DNA of 63,879 nt, the filler included, from Octopus bimaculoides (Eukaryota): NCBI RefSeq assembly GCF_001194135.2. It is 6 parts of 5 records of this genome, joined end to end, with 100 filler letters (N's around TTAATTAATTAA, not from the genome) between each part and the next. Parts side by side here need not be neighbours in the genome. Positions count along the whole stretch, not along the records: positions 1 to 24,432 come from NC_068983.1; 5 more parts are not named here. The stretch is one strand, 5' to 3'. Shown one piece after another: positions 1-13,170 of the stretch; the first letter of the stretch is position 1; the number at the start of each line of letters is the position of its first letter. The notes under the pieces are model-generated. The model saw only the letters and a program-made list of their open reading frames with translations. It was not told the origin of the DNA and did no database searches. Both the position numbers and the translations under genes were made by a program.

Positions 1-109
1 ATATATATATATATACATATATGTATTTAGAAAGAGAGGGAGAGAGATACACATATATACATATATATATACAAAATGTTGGGATTTAAATCATTCACCA
101 TGCAAATAC

Positions 110-251
110 CTAATTTTTTTCCCACCGATTTCATCAAGCAGGGGTCATGTAAATATCTTGAATGCCGTTTACGTTTCTGCACATGTTGAATTTTTTCTTG
201 CTCGACATCTAAATATTCTTCCGACGACGAACTGAATCTTGTTAATGGAAT
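110..251 (-). CDS. Internal coding exon of an uncharacterised minus-strand gene (IPLTRFSSSSEEYLDVEQEKIQHVQKRKRHSRYLHDPCLMKSVGKKL+G); gene continues beyond the window's left edge
   Basis: Acceptor ttgtatattcaccAG, donor AG|GTattt. 142 nt, phase 0 to 1, open in only one frame. Non-repetitive, protein-like composition. Phase-compatible with the exon at 5924-6031. Confidence 0.75.
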
Positions 252-542
252 CTGGTGAATATACAAACTTTTGCTACTATATGTAAGTAATTTCTAGAGA
301 GCCTCCGTATTTAACCAAAATAAGTCAACATGTATTGCTTTACACATAGCATTAATATGACGAATAATATAACTCGCGAAGAGATCTTTTGCGATCATCC
401 GAAACATTTCCTGCCTTGGTCCATCACAATTTCGGAAAATTAGTTTAACATCAATTTTAATAATAAACGGCTAATATAACATTGCCCTATTTCTCCTTCC
501 GATTTTTCTTTTTTCCCCTGTCTCTGTCTGTCTGCCTGTCGG

Positions 543-580
<38 letters not shown>

Positions 581-1358
581 TCTTTCTCTCTCTCTCTCTC
601 TCTCTCTNNNNNNNNNNNNNNNNNNNNNNNNNNNNNNNNNNNNNNNNNNNNNNNNNNNNNNNNNNNNNNNNNNNNNNNNNNNNNNNNNNNNNNNNNNNNN
701 NNNNNNNNNNNNNNNNNNNNNNNNNNNNNNNNNNNNNNNNNNNNNNNNNNNNNNNNNNNNNNNNNNNNNNNNNNNNNNNNNNNNNNNNNNNNNNNNNNNN
801 NNNNNNNNNNNNNNNNNNNNNNNNNNNNNNNNNNNNNNNNNNNNNNNNNNNNNNNNNNNNNNNNNNNNNNNNNNNNNNNNNNNNNNNNNNNNNNNNNNNN
901 NNNNNNNNNNNNNNNNNNNNNNNNNNNNNNNNNNNNNNNNNNNNNNNNNNNNNNNNNNNNNNNNNNNNNNNNNNNNNNNNNNNNNNNNNNNNNNNNNNNN
1001 NNNNNNNNNNNNNNNNNNNNNNNNNNNNNNNNNNNNNNNNNNNNNNNNNNNNNNNNNNNNNNNNNNNNNNNNNNNNNNNNNNNNNNNNNNNNNNNNNNNN
1101 NNNNNNNNNNNNNNNNNNNNNNNNNNNNNNNNNNNNNNNNNNNNNNNNNNNNNNNNNNNNNNNNNNNNNNNNNNNNNNNNNNNNNNNNNNNNNNNNNNNN
1201 NNNNNNNNNNNNNNNNNNNNNNNNNNNNNNNNNNNNNNNNNNNNNNNNNNNNNNNNNNNNNNNNNNNNNNNNNNNNNNNNNNNNNNNNNNNNNNNNNNNN
1301 NNNNNNNNNNNNNNNNNNNNNNNNNNNNNNNNNNNNNNNNNNNNNNNNNNNNNNNNNN

Positions 1359-1394
<36 letters not shown>

Positions 1395-2625
1395 TGTGTG
1401 TGTTTTGTGTATGTGCGTGTGTGTGTATGTGTGTTTTTGTGTGTGTGTGTATTGCGTTACTGTTTCTTTTGCATTCTCACCTCGCACACCACCTTTCGCA
1501 GTTTACTGACAAGCTTGACTTTTACACGTAAATTATTTATAGCATGGTTATTCGGTAAACAGTAACAAAGATTAATTTGTAGTCAGTTGTTTTATATATT
1601 TAGCTGTAGCCACGATATAATTACTATAATGGTAATTACGTGCTAACTTGTACAAAGCTATTCTTTTCCAAATAAATATCCACGTTGAAGGGAATATCTC
1701 ATTTTGTTTTGGCACGCGTTTTTGAATATAAGTATGAGTCATGGTTCAATATGTGCTCAGTGCTGAAATTCTCAATCTGATAGCATCAGATACTCTCTTT
1801 TTTTTTTACTTGTTGTGTCGGTATAAGTATATTCAACATTTGAAAAAAGAAAATATCATTTGTTTGGTTTTGTCATGTGCGGATCATGAAAAAAATTGTA
1901 ATAAAAAAAGTTAGGGTCTCGTTAGTCTATATTAAATATCTACATCCTCAAAATTCTATATTTTAATTTCGCAGCGAATTTTCGTAGAATTAAACAAGGA
2001 AATGCACCATGGTATGGAAATCCAATTATTACGTTAAAAAATAGAATTCAGTGTAATGCGGTAAAAATTGGAACAGTGTTTAGAGATACAATTCAAGAAA
2101 TAAGAAAAGTTAAGGGGAGGTGGGCAAAGTAGGTTCCATCTATTTGTTTTAAACGAAAGGTATAGACAGATCGCAAAAACTAGGGCATAGATACTGTGAG
2201 AGTGTTTCTCAAGGAGGGACAGGCAAAACAGGAAATTGAAGGACGATATTGAAAAATAGATGATTGTACAATGCAAAAATGCTTCCGAATAGTGTGTATT
2301 TTTGACAAAATGATTAACATTACCGTCCTAAAATAATAGCGAAATTAATTAATATATTAGAATGCTAATAATTTATAAGCTTCTATGTTTTTTTCTTTTT
2401 TCTACATGATATATCTTACAGCCACGTTTTCCTGAAATTACAATCTACCAATTACAAAGGGATGAGGTTTCATATAGGATAAGTGAAGCTTGAATATTAG
2501 TAAACACATTATAGAGATGTCTTGATTGTATTTAATCATAGGTCTACTGGAACTGAGTTGGCCTCGGGAAAAAGAAAAAAAAAACCTCCTGAATTATAGC
2601 GTGCTATTTAAATCAGCGCCACTAA

Positions 2626-2723
2626 ATCATTATCACCATCATCATCATCATTGTCGCCATCGTTGTCGACGCCATCACCATCATCATTACCATCGTCGTC
2701 GTTGTCGTTATCATCATCACCAT

Positions 2724-2757
<34 letters not shown>

Positions 2758-2818
2758 GTCGTCGTCATAATCGTCATCATCGCCATCATCGCCATCATCG
2801 CAATCATCATCATCATCG

Positions 2819-2867
<49 letters not shown>

Positions 2868-2906
2868 TATCATCACCATCACCATCATCATCATCATCAT
2901 CATCAT
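2626..2906. repeat. (CAT)n/(CGT)n trinucleotide microsatellite
   Basis: Direct reading; source of the spurious poly-His/poly-Met ORFs. Confidence 0.95.
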
Positions 2907-3508
2907 CCTTCGCACTTCTAAACTTCCCGTTTTTTCTTTCCTCTTTTTCTGTCTTCGACCACTGCAGAATTGTTTAGCACTTCCCATTACAGATTTTCAA
3001 ACCTAGGCCTTCCTCTTGCAATACACGAAACGTGGACGAAAACTTCTATCGATAACATATTATTAACTTTCATTTTATTATCGATAAATACAGAAGCAAT
3101 ATGTTTTACAGTGCTGCTCTGGAAATATGTTAAATAATTTAAATTTTACATATACACATTTAATAATCGCAAGCACACATACAGAAACACACGCAAACGT
3201 GCTCCTATCTACTTTCACACACATACATATTATGTACTGGTCCATTGTAGATAATTCCAGAAAAAATGTACTCCATCTAGTGACAGATACATGTTATTTA
3301 TTTACAGGACACAATACATGTATTTAATTGCTGCTAATAATTTAACTTGTTAAAACAATATCTCAAATATATTGAAGCACAAACCACAGGAATAACTAAA
3401 AAAAAAACTGACTGCGATTAGGAAATACAGATAGTATATAGAAAATGCTGCACATCTGTTTGTATTTATCCATCAATCCATCAATATAATCCGACTTTCC
3501 TGTGTACG

Positions 3509-3568
<60 letters not shown>

Positions 3569-4043
3569 NNNNNNNNNNNNNNNNNNNNNNNNNNNNNNNN
3601 NNNNNNNNNNNNNNNNNNNNNNNNNNNNNNNNNNNNNNNNNNNNNNNNNNNNNNNNNNNNNNNNNNNNNNNNNNNNNNNNNNNNNNNNNNNNNNNNNNNN
3701 NNNNNNNNNNNNNNNNNNNNNNNNNNNNNNNNNNNNNNNNNNNNNNNNNNNNNNNNNNNNNNNNNNNNNNNNNNNNNNNNNNNNNNNNNNNNNNNNNNTA
3801 TATATATTTATATATATATATTTATATATTTGATCCTTTATATTGAACACTCAATATTTCATCTACATTCAATACTTTCTTTCATGGTGCCATCCATTTT
3901 TATTTTATTTTATTTTATATTGTATATTGTATATTATATTATATATTGTATATTCCATATTCTATACCCCACATTAGTTCTGCAGGAATATAAATAAAAC
4001 ATAAAAAGCAGACAGTGTTGGAACTCTTTTAAACAAAATAATA

Positions 4044-4078
<35 letters not shown>

Positions 4079-4323
4079 TTCTGTGAAAGTTAGTGGTTGG
4101 GAAGCGAACCAATTAGGGGATAGTACCTACCCAATATACTGCTGGTAGTGTACCCAATCAATCATACTCAAATGCTGGTTATTGCATGGCAATCTCGCAA
4201 TTGTGAGTCATATATGGGCGGGGGAAAAGTAGTTTATCCTTAATTTATACGGCAGGTAAGAGAAAATTGAAAGAATACAAAACTTTGTCACCACCTGGTT
4301 TCTTACCCCAATTAGTACACTTA

Positions 4324-4542
4324 TTTCTTAATTGCCCACAAGGGGCGAAACATAGAAGGGACAAATAAGGCCAGACAAACGGACTAAGTTGATTATATCG
4401 ACCCAGTGCGTAACTGGTACTTAATTTATCGGCGCTGAAAGGCAAAGTCGACCTCGGTGGAACATGAACTCAGAACGTAACGGCAGACGAAATGCTGCTA
4501 AGCATATCACCCGGGGTGATAATGTTTCTGCCAGCACACCCC
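4324..4542 (-). mobile_element. tRNA-derived SINE family A (tail subtype A2), full length with TSD
   Basis: Body matches the other family A copies. 13-bp TSD ATTAGTACACTTA at 4311-4323 and 4543-4555. Confidence 0.85.
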
Positions 4543-4602
4543 ATTAGTACACTTACATACCAAATCTTCACATGATGGGTTCAGTATCATACGCTACTTA
4601 TG

Positions 4603-4902
4603 CTATTCCATCCACAACGATGCAGGATCCCATCTGATCAACGAACAGCTTGCATGTGAAATTAACGTGCTAGTGGCTGAGCACTCGACAGATATGTGTA
4701 CCCTTGACATAGTTCTCAGGGAGATTCAGCGTGACGCAGAATGTAACATGGCTGTCCCTGTGACATATATGCACTACTATATTTTTCCATGTGAGTGGTA
4801 TGGACCAACGTAAAATGAAGCGTTTTGTTCATGACGCGTCGCCGGGAATTGAGCTCACGACCATGTTATCCTGAGCTTAATGCCCTAACCACTGAGCCAC
4901 AT
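4603..4902 (-). mobile_element. tRNA-derived SINE family D, degenerate full length
   Basis: Reverse complement of the head TGGCTCAGTGGTTAGGGC..GAGCTCAATTCCCGG and of the tail GCTGAATCTCCC..GCTCAGCCAC..CACGTTAATTTCAC shared with 15931-16322. Confidence 0.75.
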
Positions 4903-5261
4903 ATTGGGGGTGGGTGGATGCTTGCATATGTTTGTGTTTATCGGTGATAATCATCAAACTAGCAGTGTCATGATTTTTATCCAGTTAATATAAGTAGAGA
5001 AAGTATAAGAATTGACAAGAGTATCAGCTGAAAATGAATAATAGGATACACATTTCTCTGCAACTCGCTGTACAGAATAGCAGAGTATATTTTGAAACAT
5101 CTAGCTCTCTGCTCTTTTGAGTTGAAACTTTATTCAGTTCAGCTCCGCTTTTCTTTGAATTCGATGTATAAATTAGAACCCTATTGTTGGTGTATTTTCT
5201 TTCTTCCAGTTGTCACAACATCTATTGAAAATGAGGAGGGTATGGTGGAGTAGGTGGTCGG

Positions 5262-5352
5262 GGTGATAATGATGATGACAAAGACGACGGTGCCGATGAT
5301 AATAATGATGATGATTATTATGATGACCATGGCGATTATGAAGATGATTATG

Positions 5353-5400
<48 letters not shown>

Positions 5401-5665
5401 GGAATGTTGTTATTGGTGGTGGAGATGCTCATGTTCATAGTATTTTCATGATTAAGGCGGTGACGACGACGACGACAGCAAGGACGACGACGACCACTAC
5501 CGCTACTGTGTTGATGCTGTTGGACTCAATGATGAACGTCAAAATTATAAATAAGGTAACTGTAGCGGAGGTTTTGGTAGTGATATATTTCATGATGATG
5601 AGTAAGAGGATGAGAAAGAATATTATGATGATGACACCGATGTTGGTGATGTTGACGACAATGAT
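5262..5665. repeat. Degenerate (GAT)n/(GAC)n microsatellite
   Basis: Direct reading. Confidence 0.9.
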
Positions 5666-5923
5666 TTAAGAGAAGAGGGAATATTACGAAAAATTGTTGA
5701 AATTTTCGTTTGAGATAAAGAGAAGAAAAATGCAGATATAAGAAGACTTTGTAATGTTTATGTTGACAGAGACGTCGTTAACTTAATGGATCTCTAAATG
5801 AATGACAGTGTATCTGAAGTTGTGTGTGTGTATATGCTTATAAAACCGAATCAAACCCGAACGGATGTATTACATCAATATATTGTTACTCACATGATTA
5901 TAAGAATGTTTCAAACAACTCAC

Positions 5924-6031
5924 GTTACTAGGATTAAGACAATCAGCATTGATGAATGAATTTGGGTCGTTTTCAGCCATTGGGGATAAGACATCGTCAG
6001 CAATGATCACCTTGAGAATGAAGATAGCTTT
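5924..6031 (-). CDS. Internal coding exon of the same gene (KAIFILKVIIADDVLSPMAENDPNSFINADCLNPSN)
   Basis: Acceptor ttgtcctttctatAG, donor AAC|GTGAGT. 108 nt, phase 0-0. The other two frames contain stops. Confidence 0.8.
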
Positions 6032-6941
6032 CTATAGAAAGGACAACCAAATCGAATTTGGTCTTGCTTTAATTTACTTTAATGTATTTCGCTGTCTTTC
6101 ACTCCAATGTAATCATTTGAATGCATGAGAAAGATAAGCCTAGAGAGTTATGGCCATAATATCAATAGAAACAACACCACTACCACCCATTATAATAACA
6201 ACCACAACAACAGCGAAAACAATTATATTAGTAATAACAATTGTTTACACCTAATATATAATTCCTTTTATTCTAGCTAACAAGGCAAAATATATTTTTT
6301 TACAGAATTAAAAACAAAAACGTACCATTTAATGTAGACCCGGTTTGTAAGATTCATCCGTCACTCGCTTTAACAGAACTCGTAGCTGCATTTCTTTTCG
6401 TAGAAAAGTTGTTGCAAATGCACCAGCGCAGGTCACAGCAACGTGTATAATAACCTTTCAAGCATTATTCAAAGGTATGAACTCACCAGATATATTTCAA
6501 TCCTTCTCCGTATACATTTTAAAAGTTATCGTACTCTTCAAATTCGATTCCATTCAATTTTTGCTTTCTTTAGCGAATTATATCTTTCTATATTGCAAGG
6601 TTAGCTTAAATAGTGTATCACAAATAATGTATCTCAAATCTGTGCACAAACAGCTCGCGATAAGCACACACGCATCCACACATGACCCTACAGATATGTA
6701 CAGAAAAAACGCACTCACACATACACGCAAACACACAGAAACAAACACACAGAAACTCTGTGTGTGTTTGTGTGTGCTTTAGATATGGAGTGGATGCTTT
6801 AGATAAGTGGGCATATAAAGCGTGTACTGGGGAAACTATAGCTGTTTATATTTTTAATATCGTTCATGCGCATTGTTTGTTTTCGATTGTGTCGACTAAA
6901 CAGTATAGCAGGGGCGTTTGGGCAATGTGTTTGAGAAAAAT

Positions 6942-7683
6942 GGCAGCAGAACGCAATTCACTCTGCCAGAAATTTTGGAAACGACTTGCTGTACTGCTTT
7001 GGCATTCACGCCGAAAGTTCGGATACGAGCATTTCAGAGTGTTTGGGTGTCAAACTGAGGACAAGGCAATCTGAGGTCATGTGATATAAATCAAACACCC
7101 AGTCAATATCATGGTCGTTGGAGTGATCACTAGTCTAGTGATGGTGACATTATGCCGCCATTCATGTTCCTACACGGCCTCGCAATCAACATGGAGGTCT
7201 ACATCATGTGCCTAAAGGGGGTAATGATGCCCTGGGTCAAGAGTTGATGGAAGACTGTATGTCTGGCAACAGAAATCTGGACCATACCACATAAAGAGAA
7301 GCTAGTCATGACTGTCAGTCAATTTCTGCGACCATATCATACCTAAAATCAGGACATCTAACACCCAAGATTGCCGCACCTTTACGGATGTGGTATAGTT
7401 CGGTGAAATACCAACAACACTCTTTGTAACAGCAAAGATGAACTGAAGGCATGGATTATAGAAGCATTCATCAAATTCAATAAGGAGACCGTACAGAAGA
7501 GTTGCAGGAGATTTCGAAGTCGTCATGGTTTAAGTCAAATCCTGATTTTATTGAATGAACTTATTCTATAGTATTTCACGATAATGTTTTGGTAATTTTG
7601 GTGAAAGTATCTGTGAAAACAAGATGTCAGTGTTATTTACATGTTTGCCTAATTTAGACGACAGTTAATTTATCGCACGTGTA
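6942..7683 (+). mobile_element. Decayed, internally deleted Tc1/mariner-superfamily transposon (probably maT/DD37D-like)
   Basis: Frameshifted translation gives an N-terminus (TQFTLPEI..WKRLAVLLGIHAESSDTSISECLGVKLRT, about 6952-7065) joined to a DDE catalytic C-terminus (IKHPVNIMVVGVITS-DGDIMPPF...VWQQ(K)SGPYH...NFCDHIIP...NSKDELKAWIIEAF...KSCRRFRSR...NPDFIE*, about 7088-7556). Stops and frameshifts throughout. Probable 3' TIR remnant near 7641-7683. The subfamily call is from memory. Confidence 0.85.
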
Positions 7684-7855
7684 TATGTTACTATGTATTT
7701 GTCAACTTCAACCTGTCAAGTCCATCTCCCCAAGGTGTTCTGATGGTTTTTTCATACATTCCATTTATCATGATTATGATGAAGGTGGTGGTTATATATA
7801 TATATATGCATGTGTGTTTGTTTGTATATATGTGTATGTTTGTATATATGAGTGA

Positions 7856-7896
<41 letters not shown>

Positions 7897-8699
7897 CAGA
7901 TATACATATACACGAGGACGCACTCAGATGTATACATATACACACCCCACACACACACAGCGTGATACAAAGAGAAAATGAGAAATATTGATCAAGAGAT
8001 CAATAAACACACTGATTCATATGAAATGTCAATAAGAGATGCATAATAAAATATTCTTTACCTTTGAAGGGAAGAACCAGTCCTTTGGACGTGTTTATAG
8101 CAATGTTAAGGATGAACAGAAATTCTATATTGAATTAGACCACTAACCATGAAATTTCTGTAAGACAGTCGTACCTCTTATGAAAGAAGGCTGACTAGGG
8201 TTTCATTCACGAGCTTAGATTGTGAATTGGCTGTTTGAATTATAGCAGAAATATTACTGGAAGTGAGCGAGACTATAAAAAAAGTGAAAATATTTGATGT
8301 CGGCATGAAATGTTAATTATGAGACTTACAGCAAAAAAAAAAAGCAAAAAGTTACAGCAAAAAGTTAACAGCAAAACATCATTAGATTATACCTATTTAA
8401 TTTGAATTTTTCCCTATATAGATTAACATTTTCATACAATTTCGAACTTAATTTGCATAGTTTACAGTTAATGAAATGCAATTTTCTAAAAGAAATCAGT
8501 TTCGAAATTACTAAATTAATAAATATAATTCATACGTGTTAAATATGTAATATTATTTGTGGATTTCATGTTATATGTTTGTATATTTTAATTAAATATC
8601 ACATAGCATATTTGCAATCAACAATTATAAGAAGGAAAAGAATATGTATCAAATACCGATAAATATAAAGAAAAACGCAACAGCATCGGTAATAGTATT

Positions 8700-8700
<1 letters not shown>

Positions 8701-8795
<95 letters not shown>

Positions 8796-8900
8796 AAGAA
8801 GAAGAAGAAGAAGAAGAAGAAGAAGAAGAAGAAGAAGAAGAAGAAGAAGAAGAAAAAACAACAACAACAACAACAACAGCAGCAATACTACTACTACTAC

Positions 8901-8933
<33 letters not shown>

Positions 8934-8950
8934 TAATAACAACAACAACA
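8701..8950. repeat. Compound (TAA)n(GAA)n(CAA)n(TAC)n(TAA)n microsatellite
   Basis: Direct reading. Confidence 0.95.
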
Positions 8951-9370
8951 ACTTATTCACCAAAAATATTAATTTAATTCAAAATGTGTTTCTGATGAAA
9001 ATTGAATAAAGAACAAAAGTTGAGATTATTATAAGTAATACATAGTAATTTCAGAAATTCTTTTTATTGTATGCGTATATTTCTGTGTGCAGCGATGTGA
9101 GTTTGTGTATGTGTAATTTTCTGCATCTGTATACATATTTTTGTTTTAATACCATGTATACCTATGTATATTTCTTTGTATGTATTCGAGTTGTGCATTT
9201 AAGTATCGAGTGTGATTGACCTCTTATAAGTGTATGTGTGAGTGGATGCGAAATTGTGTATCCCATCTCATCGTATATATTACGTTATATCCAACTATAT
9301 TTGAACTGAATCCAATCGTCTTGAAAGCTATTGAGAAAAATTGAAATTTTTAAGATTAATAGATTAGTAA

Positions 9371-9660
9371 AGTTATCATCATCATCAACATCATCGTCGT
9401 CGACGTCGTCTTCTTTACCGTCATCGTCTTCGCTCTCATCATCTTCACCGTCGTCGTCATCGTTGTCGTCGTCGTCGTTATCATTACCACCATTATCCTC
9501 ATAATCATTATGCTCAACATCATATCAATCGTTTTCGTCATCACGGCCGCCCTCATCATAAACATTGGCTTCATCATCGGCAACACCGACACTATCGTTA
9601 TCCTTCTCAGCCTCATCATCCTCACAAACATCATCTTTATTTATACTCATCATTATGATC
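9371..9660. repeat. Degenerate (CAT)/(CGT) microsatellite
   Basis: Direct reading. Confidence 0.85.
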
Positions 9661-10195
9661 TTCGTAATCACCGTTTGGATATCTCCATTTCTTTTCATAA
9701 GATTATGGTATTTAAAGATACAAAAAAAAAAAAATTGGTTTGCTTTTTTCTCAAGAGAGAAGGGATATTTTTCCTTACTTCATTCTGTTACGTTCCCTAA
9801 TATGTCAGACATTATGGTGAGTAACCTAATCTGTATTCTTGACTACGGTCAAAATTTTGTTTTCAATTGTTGTCATAAATTATTTCATTTGCCAAATGTC
9901 AAATTTCTTTATACAAGCTCTGTTACGCCAACAGGAAATATATAGGGCTGTGAACTTTTTTGGGACTCGAATCAATTGAAAACCTATAAAAATTTTCTTT
10001 TTAAAAAGATCCGATTTGCAAATATTATATTGGCTTCTTTAAACACTAGGGGAGTTGAAAAGTGACTTGTAAAATAATTTCTGTAAGAAACAAAGATTGC
10101 AACCCTCACCATTTACAGGCGAAAGAGGAGTCAGAGATTTCCAAATGTTGAAGTTTTAAACTTCAACTTATTGCAACAATGCTCTTACAGTTACT

Positions 10196-10417
10196 AAGGT
10201 GGTGAGCTGGCAGAAACGTTAGCACCCCGGGTGAAATGCTTAGCGGTATTTCGTCTGCCGTTACGTTCTAAGTTCAAATTTCACCAAGGTCGACTTTGCC
10301 TTTCCTCCTTTCGGAGTCGATAAATTAAGTACCACTTACGCACTGGGATTGATGTAATCGACTTAATCCCTTTGTCTGTCCTTGTTTGTCCCCTCTATGT
10401 TTAGCCCCTTGTGGGGC
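10196..10417 (+). mobile_element. SINE family A (subtype A2), full length
   Basis: Head GGTGGTGAGCTGGCAGAAACGTTAG (A-box-like), GTTCTAAGTTCAAATT (B-box-like), core GCCTTTC.TCCTTTCGGAGTCGATAAATTAAGTACC, tail TTTAGCCCCTTGTGGG. Confidence 0.85.
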
Positions 10418-10885
10418 TTTATAACTTTATAACAGCCGTCAATGACAACCTGATTGACAACTGGTGAGAGTGGAGCCTCTGCTCATCTCCATTTCTTGCT
10501 CCATTTCAAAGCCTGTCTTCACGAGGAGGCGGTGTGGTGGACATTTGTCAAAGCCATGTTGAATTGCTAGTATATCTAATAGACATACAGTACTGGAACA
10601 AGCGTATACCGTGGCAGGGAGCATAGAATGTAGCATGCCTACTAACGAGTTAATGCACTGGAAGTAGTCTGCATATTGTACCACAAAAAATATGTTAATG
10701 AGTGCTTGATATAATTGTTCCAGTAACCACAAATGAGTAAAAAAATATATTTTCTTATCATAATTTAATGCTATAATTACATTTTCAAAAGTTGAAATTA
10801 ACTTTATCGAATACATAGTATATTTTCTTGAAGCAGCCTACCGCCACTGCTGTCTCTTCAATGACGCATTCAAACATAAACATAC

Positions 10886-10960
10886 CGCTCTGTCCTTCAC
10901 TGACAACTTTTGAATATCGGCTTTAGATTTTCTGTCATCAAAGGTATCTCTGCATAAGCG
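10886..10960 (-). CDS. Internal coding exon of the same gene (RLCRDTFDDRKSKADIQKLSVKDRA)
   Basis: Acceptor tttgtcaccttcAG, donor GCG|GTATGT. 75 nt, phase 0-0. The other frames are closed. Confidence 0.8.
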
Positions 10961-11278
10961 CTGAAGGTGACAAATGTAATAATGTATAAAACTATATTCT
11001 AGAAAGCATATGAACGATTATGTCTTGACATTTAAAACATACACAGAGAGCAAACATTACGGTTTATTGTATGTATCCTATTATGTAAGTACAAATTTTT
11101 CATGTGCGTCTCTTGGTTTATATCTATCTATCACTCAATCAATCTATCTATCTTTTTGTCTCTTTATCTATCTATCCACGAACACAGACACACACACACA
11201 CAGACACACACAGACACGCACACACACACACACACACACACACGCACAGACACAAACCCACATATATATATACACTCA

Positions 11279-11342
<64 letters not shown>

Positions 11343-11524
11343 CACACACACGCGTGCACACAAACAAAACAAGCACGCACCCACAAGCACACACACGCCA
11401 CACACACACACACTCACATATTGATTGTGTATATTGTTAGATGCCTAAATATATATTCAGATATATACACCTGCACACAAATATTGTATGTACATAAATA
11501 TATGAAGAGAAAATAAATATTTAC

Positions 11525-11591
11525 CGAGACACGGTCAGGTATCTGCGAGCTGGTTGTCATCCAAGAAGTGCAGTCAAATGTGTCTCCAACC
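11525..11591 (-). CDS. Internal coding exon of the same gene (VGDTFDCTSWMTTSSQIPDRVS); an alternative acceptor would extend it to 11632
   Basis: Acceptor tctattatttgccAG, donor TCG|GTAAAT. Single open frame ending in phase 0, joining in frame to 10886-10960. Confidence 0.65.
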
Positions 11592-13054
11592 CTGGCAAAT
11601 AATAGAATATCAAAATTTATGGCGACCAGACACTGGTTTCACAGAAATCATGTCATTAATCGATAAAATATTATTTTTTAGTGCATAGGTGGGTAAGTAG
11701 AAAAATTAATGCTTTTGAAATTAATATATAAAATTATTGCAAATAATATCCAGAATTACTTGTGTCAACATATTGTCTTAACATTACCTCAAGCTACGAA
11801 TGTAATTATTTCCAAATGCACTTCATCAATGATTGTTTTGAACGGAGTGAAACAAACAATCATGAGTGATATATAGGTTGATACTATGCCTGCATGCACA
11901 CACGCGCGCACACACACAATACACACGCACGCACATATTTAGCAGAAGTCATAGAGTAACTTTAGGCCCGGACCTTCAGTAGCGCTATTACTTCAGCTAA
12001 ATATTAATAAAATATACTTCTCAATGTTTTCAGTACTATTTTTCCTGTTTGCACTAATATATCTCTAAACACACACATACACACACACACAACACGTTTT
12101 ATATATAAACATTGAGTCGAATAATGCATCTACACCATTTTTTATTATTACACTCAATTATACAGCATACAGCATATTTAAATAAATATATCGATAAATG
12201 TTTCTGGATATTTCGCAATATGGAATACATTTGCCTCCTGTTTGTTTATCTGCGTCAAAGCCTGTGTAGCTTTATTCAATGTATTTTCAGTCTTATGGTT
12301 TGAAGCGGGCTGCAACATGATAGAGTTGATTCTATTATATTTGGTAGGGAACAATAGCTTTGGAGTGCAAACAATGAGTAAGAAATACCCAGAAACATGA
12401 TATTGCTATAAAACTGTTTCCAGATCGACCCTATTATAACCCTACGGTTTCAATTTTGAACTATGGATGCTAGATCCTAAAAACGTTCAGAGTATATTTT
12501 ACAAAATAAACATAACATATCGTGGCGCATAATATTAGGATAACATCATAAATCCATAACAATAGACACCGTAGAAAGATAGATAATGATAATAATAAGC
12601 ATAATGATGAGCAGGGACTTCCAGTAGGTGTCAAATTGTCAATCTGGGAGGAATTTTGAGCACAGTAATTCTTGGCATTGTGCGGGATGTATTAGGATAC
12701 TAGAGACGAGCAGTGCAGGGGTGGCAACGGGCACACTGCTAAATTTATGTGAAACAAAAATAATAAACTTTGAACAGAATAACAGGCTCACTCAAGTGTA
12801 TAAGTCTAAATGTAAACTCTAGTAGATTTTTAGATACATATATGGAGGAAGTATCTAATTCTGATCGTATTGTCGCATATAGATCTTGTTTCACTAAGAA
12901 TCTTTGTATCTGTGGCATGAAAATTTGATGTTTCAACGCACAAAGATTGAGGAAAATATAGTGTGCTTATATAGGGATATGTCAGGTGAAATTTAACGTT
13001 AATATGCTCGACTAACTTCAAAGCAATATTAGTAATCCTCTAGCTTCCTTGCAG

Positions 13055-13170
13055 GATGGGGAGAAAATGAATAGTTCAAGTTCAAGAGGGATCTTTTTGG
13101 ATCCCCAAAGGAGAGGGACACTATATATGATAAGAAATTATAGATGTGACTTAGCATTACGTAATCGGTG
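13055..13170 (+). other. Candidate plus-strand exon, antisense to the host gene
   Basis: Near-consensus acceptor cttccttgcAG|G and donor TG|GTAAGA. One open frame (DGEKMNSSSSRGIFLDPQRRGTLYMIRNYRCDLALRNR). No recognisable homology. Confidence 0.3.

Noticed and set aside
2526-2987. Poly-His and poly-Met ORFs, and similar homopolymer ORFs at 5.2-5.7, 8.6-9.0, 25.1-25.7, 34.1-34.5, 36.1-36.9 and 37.5-38.1 kb
   Set aside because: Translations of trinucleotide microsatellites, with no splice sites or unique sequence.
6306-6474. CpG-rich stretch with splice-like sites on both strands
   Set aside because: Several short alternative readings exist, but none is phase-compatible with the neighbouring exons or recognisable as a protein.
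9943-10110. Possible hAT MITE (TAGGGCTG…CAACCCT)
   Set aside because: The termini match poorly and no 8-bp TSD was found.
10439-10816. 125-aa minus ORF (…CPPHRLLVKTGFEMEQE…)
   Set aside because: No good donor, no recognisable motif, and not needed for the in-phase exon chain. Possibly old repeat debris.
12180-12410. Roughly 75-codon open minus frame (…QPASNHKTENTLNKATQALTQINKQEAN…)
   Set aside because: Only a weak donor (AAT|GTATTC) and no homology recognised. Cannot be distinguished from chance, but worth checking with RNA-seq.
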